64,000 nucleotides of DNA, from assembly GCF_009914755.1 (NCBI RefSeq), contig NC_060942.1. One strand, 5' to 3'. Source of the stretch: the human T2T-CHM13v2.0 reference genome, Homo sapiens. A program made the position numbers and the translations under genes. Positions 52,351-64,000 of this stretch are shown here, one piece after another (the first letter of the stretch is position 1; each line of letters begins with the position of its first letter). The notes below the pieces were generated by a model that was given only the letters and a program-made list of their open reading frames with translations, had not been told where the DNA came from and ran no database searches.

Positions 52351-54849
52351 TTCACTTTCCTCATTTTCCAGATTAGAATGCTGAAACTCCAAGAGGGGAG
52401 GTGCTGAAGACCTCCTGTTTGATCTAAGAGTCAGGACTTGAACACAGACTTCTTGAGAACAATTCTATTGCTTATTCTCCTTGAGTCTTTTGCAGACAGC
52501 TTGCCATAAGGTATTAGACCAGACCTGAAATTTGAAATTCTTTGAAAACATAACATACTTTATTTACTCATGAAGAGACAAATCTAGCCTTGCAAAACAT
52601 TTTCCGGGCTGCAACCTTGATCCATCCGCCCATCACTCTCTGAACATTCATCCAGGCAGAGATGTTTAAATGAATACACATACACACGTGCTCACACATA
52701 TGCATGTGCTTGCTCACACCTGTGTGTACACACATCGTTTGTCATGTGTGTCTCTTCCATACTGCTCCACATGCTTTGCCAAAGGAGGGAGATATCAATG
52801 AAAGTAATTACAGGTTGGCAAATTGTTTGTGCTGACTGCGGTAAAGAGAATGGGTTTTCTGGAAGGGTGACCATTCTCTGCCCTTCTGCTGCTGTGCAGT
52901 CATATGACTCTGTAACCTGTACCTGCGTGGGTATGAAGTATACATTCCTAAGTGGAACTATGACTGCTGAAGATAACAACAGAACTAAGGAATGAAGGGG
53001 GTAGAAAGCAATTCTATTTAAAGTTGCAGTTAAACTTTTGAGTTCACATTGAATGTCAACATCTGCCTTTCTTCCCCTACCATGAGGAGGAGTTAAGCAA
53101 CACAGCTGTTCATGTCCCTGTGAGGACTACAAGCCTGCCATGGCTCTGGGTATGCAAAAGGCCCCAAGTCAAGACCTGTTTCTGGGGATCCCCCATAGAG
53201 ATCAGAATTCTTGAGGTGGTTGGTCTCAATGCTGACACTGGAAGGGAGGCAGTTGGCTTTTCATGCTTTAAAGACCTGTGTGGCAGCTTTTCTGAGCAGG
53301 ACAGCTGATTCACCAGAGAATAACAGCTTGATCCCATTCCCCATAGAAATTAGCTGTAGGAGGCCCAGAAGCATCTGACTGGGTGGCCTGAGCAGCTGCC
53401 CCATCAACATACCCAGGGCTTGTAGAATTAGGGGCCTGCAGAGAAGTGGAGGTAGTATTGGTATGGGGCTCTCATGAGGAGACTCTCATGAGGAGAGCTG
53501 CATGTAAGTCTCTGCAGACATGGCTCTCTACCTCTGTTCTCCCAGTCCTGCTATCCCATGGCACATGCACACCCCCACTTGTCCCCCACCGCCACATACA
53601 CCCCTGCAGAGGTTAAGACTATACCACAGTGATAATGATGTCATTCCTAAAATACTTGAATAAATTTATGTTTTTGCAAATTCAATAATTTTTTCTTGAT
53701 ACACAGTTTCCCTTTGGCCATCTATGATTTGCTTGTAATTTGGATTGATTTTTAGTGCTCCTAGATTCCTCTAGAAAATAGTGTCAGGGCCGTAAAATAG
53801 CCTTAAGAGAGCAAGAAAAAAATGTTTTCTCAAGCACTTGTGGGTTGCACTATTTTATTAAATGAACAATAATTAATTATTCTCCTCATGATTGCATGTG
53901 AGATATTTTTGCTCATTGGTTTGGCATGGAGCACTGTCCATGTGGACAGTGCAAAAGGGATCTGTTGGTGCCCTGGCTGGGTATCTCTGCCTCTCTCCTG
54001 TGGACTCCAGGAGAGTTGCCTTTTCTGTGGCAGCACTGATGTCTGTGCCCCAATTGCTCATTGTATTGCTTCCTGCCAACACCTTGAAAATCAAGTTTCT
54101 ATATGTGAACTGGGATGAAGCCAATATGTAAGCTGGAAAAGGATACCTTATGGGGCAGCATTTTCTTTGCATTTATAATTTGATGAGGGCTAAAATGTGA
54201 GAAAATGCTACACTTCAGCAGGCCTGGGATTTCTCTTATTTCAAGATTATTTTCCTTGATGTGAAAACCTCACAGGCCAGAAGTGTTGCCAAGATTGTCC
54301 CTTCCATGGCATTAGCCATGGGTGACATCAGAGGTCTCTTTGGGGCCACATCAGTGACATGTTCATTCTGAGAATCAGTTGTCCACAGAACAGAGAGGAT
54401 ACAGGATGTAAAAAGGTAAAAAGGAATGAGTCCACTTAAAAAAAAAAAGAAAGAAAGAAACCAATGCGGTTTCTCTGTGACTTTGTCCACAAGTGTTTCT
54501 CTGAGAGTCTTTCCCACTGATGTCCTACACTTAAACAAAATTAAAGTTGAACACTCCATTCTGTGGCCATGTCCTTTCAGGCTATCTTTGAAATGGAGGC
54601 ATTACCTTTGGAAGATACCCTATGGTGATGGCTCCTCCCCATGTTTTTACATGGCAGAAGATATAAAAACTTCTGGCTGTTTCCTGGGAAGTAGAAGGGC
54701 TTTTTTTTTCCCTTTCCTAAAGGAAACTCTTCTTCATGATGGGGAGACAAGTGCTGGACAGGGCTGGAAAGAAAGAAGCCAATAGCCCACTCAGCCATTG
54801 GCCTTGCAAGCTCTTGAGGCTTGGATTTCCTGCAAAATGTGACAGTGTG

Positions 54850-54985
54850 ACAGAGCTGAGTGCATGCTAGACTGGGAGCAGGGTGTCTTCTGTGAGATCT
54901 TGGACCTCAGAGTTGCCATCTGCAAATGAGAAGCTGGAACCAGCTCCCCAATTCCATCTAGGCTCTACATTTCTATGATTTTGCC
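54850..54985 (+). mobile_element. MIR
   Basis: ACCTCAGAGTTGCCATCTGCAAATGAG...CTCTACATTTCTATGATT. Confidence 0.6.
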
Positions 54986-57900
54986 ATCATTAAAAAGGGA
55001 AACTTACGCAGCTTTTGCCTTCTGAGGAAAGACAGAGAACATGGTGATGGATCCAGCTTGTATTCAGGAATTAATTTATGCAAGAAACACATAGTAATTC
55101 TGCAGAACGTGCCAAGCAGTGTCCTGAGTGCTGCAGATGTAAGATTTGAGTCAGACCCTCAGGTTCCTCGGAATGCTCACACACTAATGGACCACATCTG
55201 TTTCTGGACATGGGAACACTGATGGGTTTTTTGTTGTTAACCCTGGAACCTCCAAATCTCCTGGAGTTGTAGGAGAGTGCTGGAGGCCCTGTCTGCCAGG
55301 TTGAATCTGCAGGTCCTTTGGTTCTGTTCCGTGATAGAGTCCAAGTCCTATAGGCTGGAAATAATGATAAATAAAGACGAGGGCCCTTGCCCTCCAGAAA
55401 CCCCCAATCTAGTGGAGGACCCAGGCAAAAAATAACCTGAGAATGTGATCTATAGCTGAGGCAAGGGCTGAAGGAGTAGAGAAAATGCACCTAGGCCAGT
55501 GGGAGTAGGGTGATGGGGGAAGGTTGGTACAGAGAACCACACTCATGAACAGAGAGTAGAATCTTCTAGAAACTACCTCTAGCTTATTGAATTTGCACAG
55601 TTATATAAGAATATATCAAGAACTTGCCTCATGCAAAACTTGCACTAGATGCAAGATAGTTGTGGTAGAAATGGAGGTTGCTGGGTGGGGTTAGGAGGAG
55701 TTTTGGCCCAAAGAAAACAGATAGCAAATTAAACAGAAGGCCAGATCCAAGGGCCAGGTTGAGTGCTGCTGATTTTTTAAAAATTGAATTAATTACAATA
55801 AATTGGGCCAACATGATATATGGCTTCTTACACATCTAGAATTGGCAAAGCAGACATACTGTCTGTTAGTCTAAATGACGGCAAATTTTAGGTGGCCTAG
55901 GAAGTAGGAGCTTCTAGTGATAAGCCAAGACTAAATAAAATTCCTTCTCTATGTAACCGAATGTTTGATTAAAACCCCACATGACAAGGACAAGTGTTTT
56001 TAAGAATCAGAGATCCATATGAACAATGATCTTTAAGGCTTCAGAGAAGAGATAGATGCAGGCTGGCCGCACTCTGAGCTGTAACCTCTGATGTCGGGCA
56101 GTGCACAACTTGTGCAGCTATTCATAGTATTCCAGAATGTCAGAATCTGAACAGGTTTTTAAAAATTGGCTTGGATTGATAATCAGATTTGGTGATGAGC
56201 ATTTTCTGGTAGGTGAAATATCGTAAGGACAGGTGTGTAGAGGTGGCTATTAAGATAAAGTATGTGGAATTTGGGGTCCTTGAATCCTGTTTAGCTGTAC
56301 TTGGTGTCAATTGAAATCTCATAACATTGGCTATGTAGCCTCCCTCTAATATCATAAGCATATTGTTGGGCAGGGAGGACTGCCTCATATGACAGACCCT
56401 GATGGTGAGGTGAGAAGATATATAGCTGCTGGCCTTGGCACATCCTGTGCCAGCAACTAAGTGAAGACTTGTATTCCTCTTCTCTCCTTGATTCAGAAAT
56501 CAAGCACCTGATAAGCTCTTATCATATTTCCAGTGCATGTTGAGCACTAAGGAGTAATAGAGGAAAGTATTGTTCCCACCGTTAGGAACTGAACTCTTTC
56601 GATGAGGAAACAAAGTTAGACCGCACACAGTCTTACATTAAAATGTGTGGTAAAACCCATCTGGACTTTAGGACTTTGAGATGTGAATTATCAGCAGGAG
56701 TTTTGAACTGAACTTTAAAGCGTGAGTTGGATTTGAAGAGGAGGCTGTACGGGGCAGCCCGTATCTACTTTTCAGGGGCAAAGAAGGGAGAAATGGGCAA
56801 TAGACATTTGAATTATCAAATGAGACATAGTCTATTAGACTCCTCTTTGGCTACTGTTTACTTTGGTCATTTTCTTGGGGCTGGAGATATACAAGTGGCA
56901 GAAATCTGGAGCTTTTCTGGACATGTTTTTTTGATGCTACTGATACCTTTGCTATTCATGCATATAGTGTTTTCCAGTTTCTGTCCCTTGGAGGATGCAG
57001 GGCAAGTGATAGGACTCATGTATTAACAGTGAGGCTGCAGCCAGGATTACCCATTAGCTGCTCTCGTCAACCAACACAATTGGGATTGTCAAATTTTCTT
57101 TGAAATTCCAACACATTGTTTCTGTTGCCAGGCAGATGAGGAAACTGAGACTCAGACAGGCAAAACAACAGCCTGAGGACATATGGATGCCCAGGAATTG
57201 GGGCCTGCAGCTTCTCTTGGCCTCTGTTTCATCTTTGAAGTCACAAGCTTGAAAGAGATGATCTTGGAGGACCCTCCCAGCTTCAATGTCCAGAGTCTAT
57301 AATATAGCTTTTCTGAGGCCACATGAATGAGTCCTCTGTGACACCACACTGTTTCTTTTGCTGAACAATAGTGATTTGATTCCCCAAATCAATAAACAAA
57401 TTAGAGAAACAGTCGAGAGACCCTGGGAACCAGGGACAATAGATGAAAGAAGGAGGCCTGGGAGACAGAGGGGGAGGTGAGGGAGGGGCTCCAAGGGATC
57501 GTCCCATAAAAGCCAATGCAAGGCAGGTGGGGAAGGGAACAGCAGCTTCCACAAGCCTTTTTCATTCTGTGCTGCAGTCATCTGCCTGGGAATCTACTCA
57601 TGGGTGGGAGGAGGTTTAGGGCAGACCCCTGAGAGGAGAGCGAAGGGGAGGGGCTGTGTAGCAGGTGCAAGCAAAGGCTACAATGCAAATTCTCAGGAAA
57701 GCCTGAGGGGCCAGGCTAGAGGGGCAGTTGTGCAGCATATACTGGGAAGACAGAGAGGGGTCAGCAGCTGGCTGAGGGGAAGGGGTGCAGGAGGAGAAGG
57801 GAGGGAGCCCTTTGGGGCGGGGTTGGCCAGACTATGGGAAAGGCAAGTGGTAAGTTTTGTACCTCTGTGATTCCCCTACCTCTGCCTTTACTAGAAGGAA

Positions 57901-58776
57901 AATTTCCCATCAAAATCCAGTTATCAAGCCAGGACGGGAGTCCTTTCTGTGCACACCAGAGCATCAGCAAAAGAAGGGGCGTAGCCTTTCCGTGAATGAG
58001 TCCTCAGCTGCCTGCTGAAATAAATGCTGCTTTTACAACCTGTCAGAGGCCTGTGTTCAACGAAATAGAACACCGCAGTTCAACACCCCCACATCATACC
58101 CTCCCCTAAATTTTTATTCTTCTGGATCCAGTTCTAACAAAGAAGCAGTTAGGATTTTTAAAAAAACACCTTTCAAATTTGTCACTTTCTGCACCTCCCT
58201 TCCTTCCCCGTGGGTCCTCTTGCCTTTTCCTGACCCAGGATACTGTGTGTCTTACTCTGAGTTGACAAGAATGCATTAAACATGTATCCAGCCAGCGATT
58301 TAGGGAAATTGACGATCTTCTGGGGCTTGTTGTGTTTGGGGTCAGATGATAATATTGCCCCTTAGGTTAAATCCAGACAGCACTGAGGGATCTCCAAGCT
58401 GGTACGGTGCATACCCTCAATCGACAGGAGGCGGATCTGCACAGTGGCACAGCCCTGCTGCTCCTAAACCTAGAAGGCTTGGATCCAAATGACTTTATGT
58501 AGTGATTAGGGTAGAACGAAGAGCATTTAATAAGAGACTTTACAAAAAGTGCAGGTAGCTAACAGAAGAGCGTTACTTTTGAAAGCTGCAGGCTTCATTA
58601 CATTCCAAACCAGCCAGCTCACCAGGCAACCACAGCCCAAACTGGGCGAGTGACTTTCCTAGGGTCACGCAGTTAAATATTGAGGCCTCAGAAATAGAAC
58701 ACCCAGTCTCTGTCGTTGTCAGACCACCTCCACGCAGAACACAGGCAAGAATCTAGCCCAGTAAAGAGCTTCAAGA

Positions 58777-59116
<340 letters not shown>

Positions 59117-59639
59117 CTACGAACATTCTTCAAAATCAGAAAGTCTTCTTGGTTGAGGAGGAACGTGGGTCTCTGTTGAACGATGAGGTGCACCATGACT
59201 GCACTTTCCAAACTGAAATCAAAACATGTGTGTCCTTATGGGAACAATGGGCAACCAGAGTATGGGAAATTAGAGCTGTCTCAAAAAGTCTGGCACTTAC
59301 TGTCTTTGGACATATATAAGCTTCCAGACTTACGTGTTTTGCTATATAATTGACTTACGGCTTGAACATTGTTTTAACCAGGTGTCTTTACTCACTCAGC
59401 ACCACTCTTGAGTTTCATAAATCACCACATTTAATCTTCTATTACAGCGAGATTAAATAATTTTCTGAAAGAGTAAACATCCAGGAAGCTGCAAGTCAGG
59501 ATTCGAAACTTCGTCTGCCTAACCCCACATTCTGCACTCTCTGTTAGTCTGTGCTGCCTTTTGAGAAGCATTTTTTTTAATTGGAGAGATGTTTCATTGC
59601 ATGTTTTTTCACATGCAGAAAGGAATTTATTCATGTCGA

Positions 59640-59812
59640 GATTTAGAGGATCATAAAATCACCGAACCTTAAAGAAAGAAGGACTTCAGAGTTCGTTGAT
59701 CTCAACCAACTTGTTTTGCAGATGAGGAAGTGAGGCCCAGCCGGGCAGTGACATTGGCCAAGGTCAGGCTGCATTGAACCCAAGACTCCCAGCGGAGTGT
59801 GCCTTCCACTCT
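59640..59812 (-). mobile_element. MIR
   Basis: TTTTGCAGATGAGGAAGTGAGGCCCAG...GTGACATTGGCCAAGGTCA...TGAACCCAAGACTCC. Confidence 0.85.
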
Positions 59813-60103
59813 GACATGGGAACTCCTTGGGTTTAAAACCAGTGACCATGGTCAGTGGGATAGTGGCCAAAGGCTGCCAAGGTCACCAGAGTCTTCTGTG
59901 GGCTTTGTTTAATGTCTTAACTCCCACTCCCATCCCCCATCCATATTAACTACCTTTTAAAAAGATTGAAATCATGCCTGCCTACCTCATGCAAAGTTAA
60001 AGGTCTACAGAGATCTAAAAGGCATGAACTACTATTTGTGATACTTATCTTCACAAAAGAGTTTATAAAAACAATTTGAGATTTCTTTTTATGAAAAGAA
60101 AAG

Positions 60104-60143
60104 ACACGCACACACTCACACACACACACACACACACACACAC
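60104..60143. repeat. (CA)n microsatellite
   Basis: CA run. Confidence 0.95.
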
Positions 60144-60144
60144 T

Positions 60145-60810
60145 CCTCACCATCATAACACGATTATATTTAGCGGTTAACCAGTGCCCTTCCACCATCT
60201 CCCTCTGTGAAAACATGCTACCATACACTCATCATCTTACATATCCTTTTGAGTTTGCTTTCGCTTACCATGGTTACAAATATTTCCCCATGTTTTCTTG
60301 GTGATTCTAATTACCGGACAATATTTCACTGAATGTGTGTGTGTGTGTGTGTGTGTGTGTCTGTGTGTGTGTGTGTATACACACACATTTACTTTAATGG
60401 TTTACTATTATTGGACTACTTTTGGAAGTAGTTGCACAGCTTTTTATGTAGCTTTTTATTCTCTGAGATTGTTTCATTCAGACAGATACTTGAGAGTGGG
60501 AGTAGACTTCCCTTTTTCCTCTTGATACATGTGTCACGCTGTTTTTCAAAAGATATATAAGAATCAAAATGCTACCTTTGGTTGGAGATGGGCAATCCAT
60601 CACCTGGTTTCCTTTTGAGCAGTAGTACCAGACACCAGATACACGCAAAATTCATTTTCTCTCTCATCAGAACTTCTGAATGTTTATCTGTCACTCTGTC
60701 AGCTGAGAGAGTGTGGGTATAATTCTATCCTTTTCATCCTCCCTCTGTATATCACTGGATGTTTTCTTTCTCTGGTAAGGCTTACTGTGTATGTTTCCTT
60801 CATTTGCAGA
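60145..60810 (-). mobile_element. Very old L1 (L1ME-like) fragments
   Basis: CATGCTACCATACACT...TTGCTTTCGCTTA...ATATTTCCCCATG...ATATTTCACTGAATG, similar to antisense L1ME 3' regions; heavily degraded. Confidence 0.45.
60333..60387. repeat. (TG)n microsatellite ending in the palindrome TGTGTGTGTATACACACACA
   Basis: Read directly from the sequence. Confidence 0.95.
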
Positions 60811-61535
60811 CTGTCACAAAAACATTTTTGAAAGTAGGTGGAGGTGCACATGGAAATGGAAGCTTTTTCTCTCACTTAATCTTCGTAAGATCCGAAGTGG
60901 TGGCAGAGGGTACCCCTGTATTACAGCAGAGGACACTAGATCCTCAGAGGTCAGCAGCCTGCTCATGGTCCCATGCAGGGCAGAGGAAGGAAACTCCCAT
61001 CCAGGCCCTGTGACTGCATATTTAGCATCTTTTCACAGCCCCACAAGGAAGTGTAATTGTGTGCCCCCACTGAGATCACACATGGCTTGACTATCTTGGT
61101 CTGCTTTGGCTTACATGATAATCCTGTCCTCAGGTTAAAATCAGGCAACAATTGGACCCTAACAATTTCCATTGAGAATGATTGTTTCAATATGAACTGG
61201 GACTGCGTGTAACCTACATGGACACCTCTTGAAGACAAGGCAAATTGTAATGATCTCCAAACCAGCAGCAAAAAGTAAGGACTCAACAACCAGGTTAGGG
61301 CGAAGAAGGATCATTCTTTACAAAAAAAAAAGTTGCCTTGCTGTACACGTCATCATTGCTGATGGTGGAAGGAACAGACAACTGGAAGTTGTACTAGGCT
61401 TGCCTGTCCTGGCAGCTTTGGGAGACTGGCTGGTTATGAGGAGTGGCAGCGCTTGCTGGCAGCCCTTTCTGGCCAGCTCAGTAGGGGGACATTCCTCACC
61501 AGGGCAGCCCAGGCTGGGCTTGGAGCCACCCAGCT

Positions 61536-61552
61536 GAGCGCCACGTGGCGGG
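61536..61552 (-). promoter_or_regulatory. Candidate CTCF-like / E-box site (palindrome CGCCACGTGGCG)
   Basis: Minus strand reads CCGCCACGTGGCGCT, one mismatch to CCRSYAGRKGGCRS; contains CACGTG and three retained CpGs. Confidence 0.4.
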
Positions 61553-62049
61553 CAGGCAGTCACATGGCTGGGATTTGGGTTTGGAATCACAGTGCTGAAC
61601 CTACAGCCTAGTCAACTCCCTGTTTTAGGGCATTCATTTTTTCAATCACACCAGTTGGTTGGCAGGTGTAAATGTTCTGGGGGAGGACACCAGAATGGAG
61701 TGAAGACATCCTCTGTTTCCTAACTCTTGTAGCTTTTGACTGGGTACTTTCCTGGCCATCAAATGCTGAGAGATCTAGCACCTGCTGGTCCTCTATGTGG
61801 GCGGGAACTGTGAGGTCCAGCCTGGTGTATGTCTCTGTCCTAAGCCTTATATTTCTGAATGGTGGTGGGTGGGGGATGGGGACCAAGATTGAGACCTGGG
61901 GTTCTTTTCTCCTTTACAAACTGTGCAGGCACAGGGCACAGCTTCAGAGACCCTCCATACTGGAGGAAAATAGTGCAACTCTACTAGCTCCCTCACTTCG
62001 TCATCCACACAATTTTCTGAAATGTCAATCCTGTGCTCACTTCCTGGGA

Positions 62050-62190
62050 ATGCAGGGTTGGAATGATTCCAGTTCCACAATGGGCAGAGATCATGTCTTG
62101 ATCACTTACGGTGGAAATATTCCATGTCTAGCACAGTGCCTGGCACATGGAAATTGCTCAGTTAACACTTGTCTTATGGACTGATTGAAG
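62050..62190 (+). mobile_element. L2 3' tail
   Basis: GGGCAGAGATCATGTCTTG...CTAGCACAGTGCCTGGCACATGG. Confidence 0.85.
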
Positions 62191-62429
62191 ATGTAGTCTC
62201 TGAGTTCAAGGAGCTCACAATTTAGTGGGAAAAGGAAGATGGATAAAGAGTCACAATGACATTGTGGTAAGTGACTTGATAGAAATGTATACTTGGTAGC
62301 TTGGGAGCCATCAAAGTAACATTTCCTTTCATTGAAGTAAGAGGATTACAGTTCCTTATTGGCAGGTAAGGATCTTGCTCCCCACAGGATATCCAAAGAA
62401 ATATATTGCTTCCCACAAAGATGTATTGA

Positions 62430-62580
62430 CTCTGGAAACAGCATGGGTTAGTGGAAAGCAGTCTAGGTTGGGGGTAGGAAGACCTGTGTTCCAGACCTCT
62501 CTTGCTGAGTGGCCTCAGGCATAATCTCTTTGTGCCACTGTTGTTTTCATACGTGAAATCAGGACGTTAACTCCTTCTCT
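62430..62580 (+). mobile_element. MIR
   Basis: GCATGGGTTAGTGGAAAG...GGAAGACCTGTGTTCCAG...GCTGAGTGGCCTCAGGCA. Confidence 0.7.
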
Positions 62581-62599
62581 GCCCACCTTCCAGCAAAGG

Positions 62600-63070
62600 C
62601 ATTGCTTAACAGGCCCTACTGGCTCCCTGTCCTCTACAGAATTAAATCCAAACTCTGGAAGGTGGAATTGAGGCTCTTGCTGGTGCGTCTCTTTCCTTTT
62701 GCATCTGTCATTATGGTCACATCAGTCTCCTGGATTTCCTCAGACATTCTTTGTCTTTCTGTGTCCCTATACATCCTTGCGGGGCCCTACCTCTGCCTCA
62801 AATGCTCTTTCAGAATTGGCTTGTCCAGAGACTTTCTAAACTTAAATGGCACTTTCTCCCCTGTGCAGAATGGTCACTACCTCACCCATGGCTGGACCCA
62901 TGCCTCTTTAGGCATCCTTCTAACAGAGTATTAATTCCATTTTATTGTCTTGTTTATGTACCTTTCTTCTCCCCCTGGTTTCTCAAAGACTTTATATACC
63001 CCTGCCTATCCCCTGTTCCTGACACACAGCTGAGTGTTAAATAAGTGCTTGTATTGTAGTTGAATGTATC
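62600..63070 (+). mobile_element. L2 remnant
   Basis: TGGCTCCCTGTCCTCTACAGAATTAAATCCAAACTC...CCTGACACACAGCTGAGTGTTAAATAAGTGCTTG. Confidence 0.75.
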
Positions 63071-63124
63071 AACATAGACTGATTCCTTAATATCTGTTAT
63101 TGCAGCGGGAAAGAAAGACTCATG

Positions 63125-63235
63125 GGTGGAAGCTACAAAGAAGCAGGTTTCAGTTGAGTATTCAAAAGAATTTCCTCAGAATCAGAGCTGTTTAGCAAGG
63201 ACCTGGGTCTCCTTGGTGTACCTGGGGACTTGTGT
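63125..63235 (+). mobile_element. L3/CR1 fragment
   Basis: GAAGCTACAAAGAAGCAGGTTTCAGTTGAG...AAGAATTTCCT..AATCAGAGCTGT. Confidence 0.5.
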
Positions 63236-64000
63236 GCTGTCCGTAGCTAGGAACGCCTGCTGTCAAGAGCTGTACCCCACATCTGTGACAGCACAGCCCC
63301 TCTTGTGTGGTGCTGCTGGAGCAGGAAGGCAGAAGGGGCTGGGGTTCTCTGAAGCCATTATTTAAAGGATATTCCTCTCTACTGATTAAATTCTCACTTG
63401 TCTCTCCCTTTATTTCTTTGATTTCCTGCTAGTGTTCAATCAGCATTTGTTGACTGAGTGACTCTGTTTATTTGTACAACAGTGACTTTTGTTCTGCAGA
63501 ATGGAATAATCCAGTCTGGAACACGAATTCCATGTCTGATTTAGGGAGAATGTTTGCTGTCTTCATTTGTAGCTCTTTAGTTTGACCAAGCACTCCCATT
63601 TTGAGAAGAAAGTTATTGAAGGTCAGTGTGGTCTATCCCTAAGTCCTTCATCATCAGCAGTCCAGGCAGTATTTGGGAAGTTAGAAGTTTCTGAGAGTGA
63701 CCATGTCTTATCCCCTTCTTTATTTTTCATACCATCTAGTGGTGTCTTGCACATAAATATTCATCAGTTTAAATTTGCCTTCTAAAATTATTGATAGTTG
63801 ACATTTAACCACTGACTGGCAAATAAGATCCAATCAAAATGTCATGGAGTAAAGGGTGTTTAAATTCTTTAGCTGTTCATCCCAAAATTTCCTTTAGAAA
63901 TTAACCACCTGCCATAGGGAAGATGCGTAGATGATTAGGTTAGAAGTTAGATTGCAACTCTTTGCAGCTCGTTCTGCTAACCCTATTCACCAATTAGCCT

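Noticed and set aside
53469-53496. Tandem CTCTCATGAGGAGA x2 (similar short duplications at ~30038, ~40816 and ~46524)
   Set aside because: Ordinary slippage-type micro-duplications; no array or spacer structure.
56055-56130. MER91/Tip100-like fragment (GCAGTGCACAACTTGTGCAGC)
   Set aside because: Match too short to call without a profile search.
62119-62153. Hairpin TTCCATGT...ACATGGAA in an L2 tail as an L2-derived miRNA
   Set aside because: The stem-loop is only ~33 nt, too short for a pre-miRNA, and the adjacent antisense L2 lacks the complementary tail.

Overview
Human (or very closely related) genomic DNA with no recognisable protein-coding exon or intact gene. The evidence for human origin is a near-consensus AluYb9 element. 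The listed ORFs are chance frames or are derived from Alu, L1 and microsatellite sequence. The window is CpG-poor and rich in ancient repeats (MIR, L2, L3/CR1, hAT-Charlie MER5/MER20), with few Alu or L1 copies and several multi-kb repeat-poor stretches carrying homeodomain/TALE motif clusters. That pattern fits a large intron or gene desert of a regulatory locus; I cannot identify the host gene. The most unusual structure is a ~195-bp inverted duplication of apparently unique sequence (11188-11381 vs 12542-12740, about 80% identity by hand count). Its second copy sits at the broken end of a MER5 element between 22-bp direct repeats. Other points of interest: a young AluYb9 with an intact TSD that forms an inverted pair with an AluJ, a ~64-bp local direct duplication, a candidate 9-nt microexon, an Alu tail converted to GAA/TTC repeats, and several candidate regulatory palindromes. 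I found no evidence for a new multi-gene system. Repeat boundaries and subfamily calls were made by eye and are approximate.
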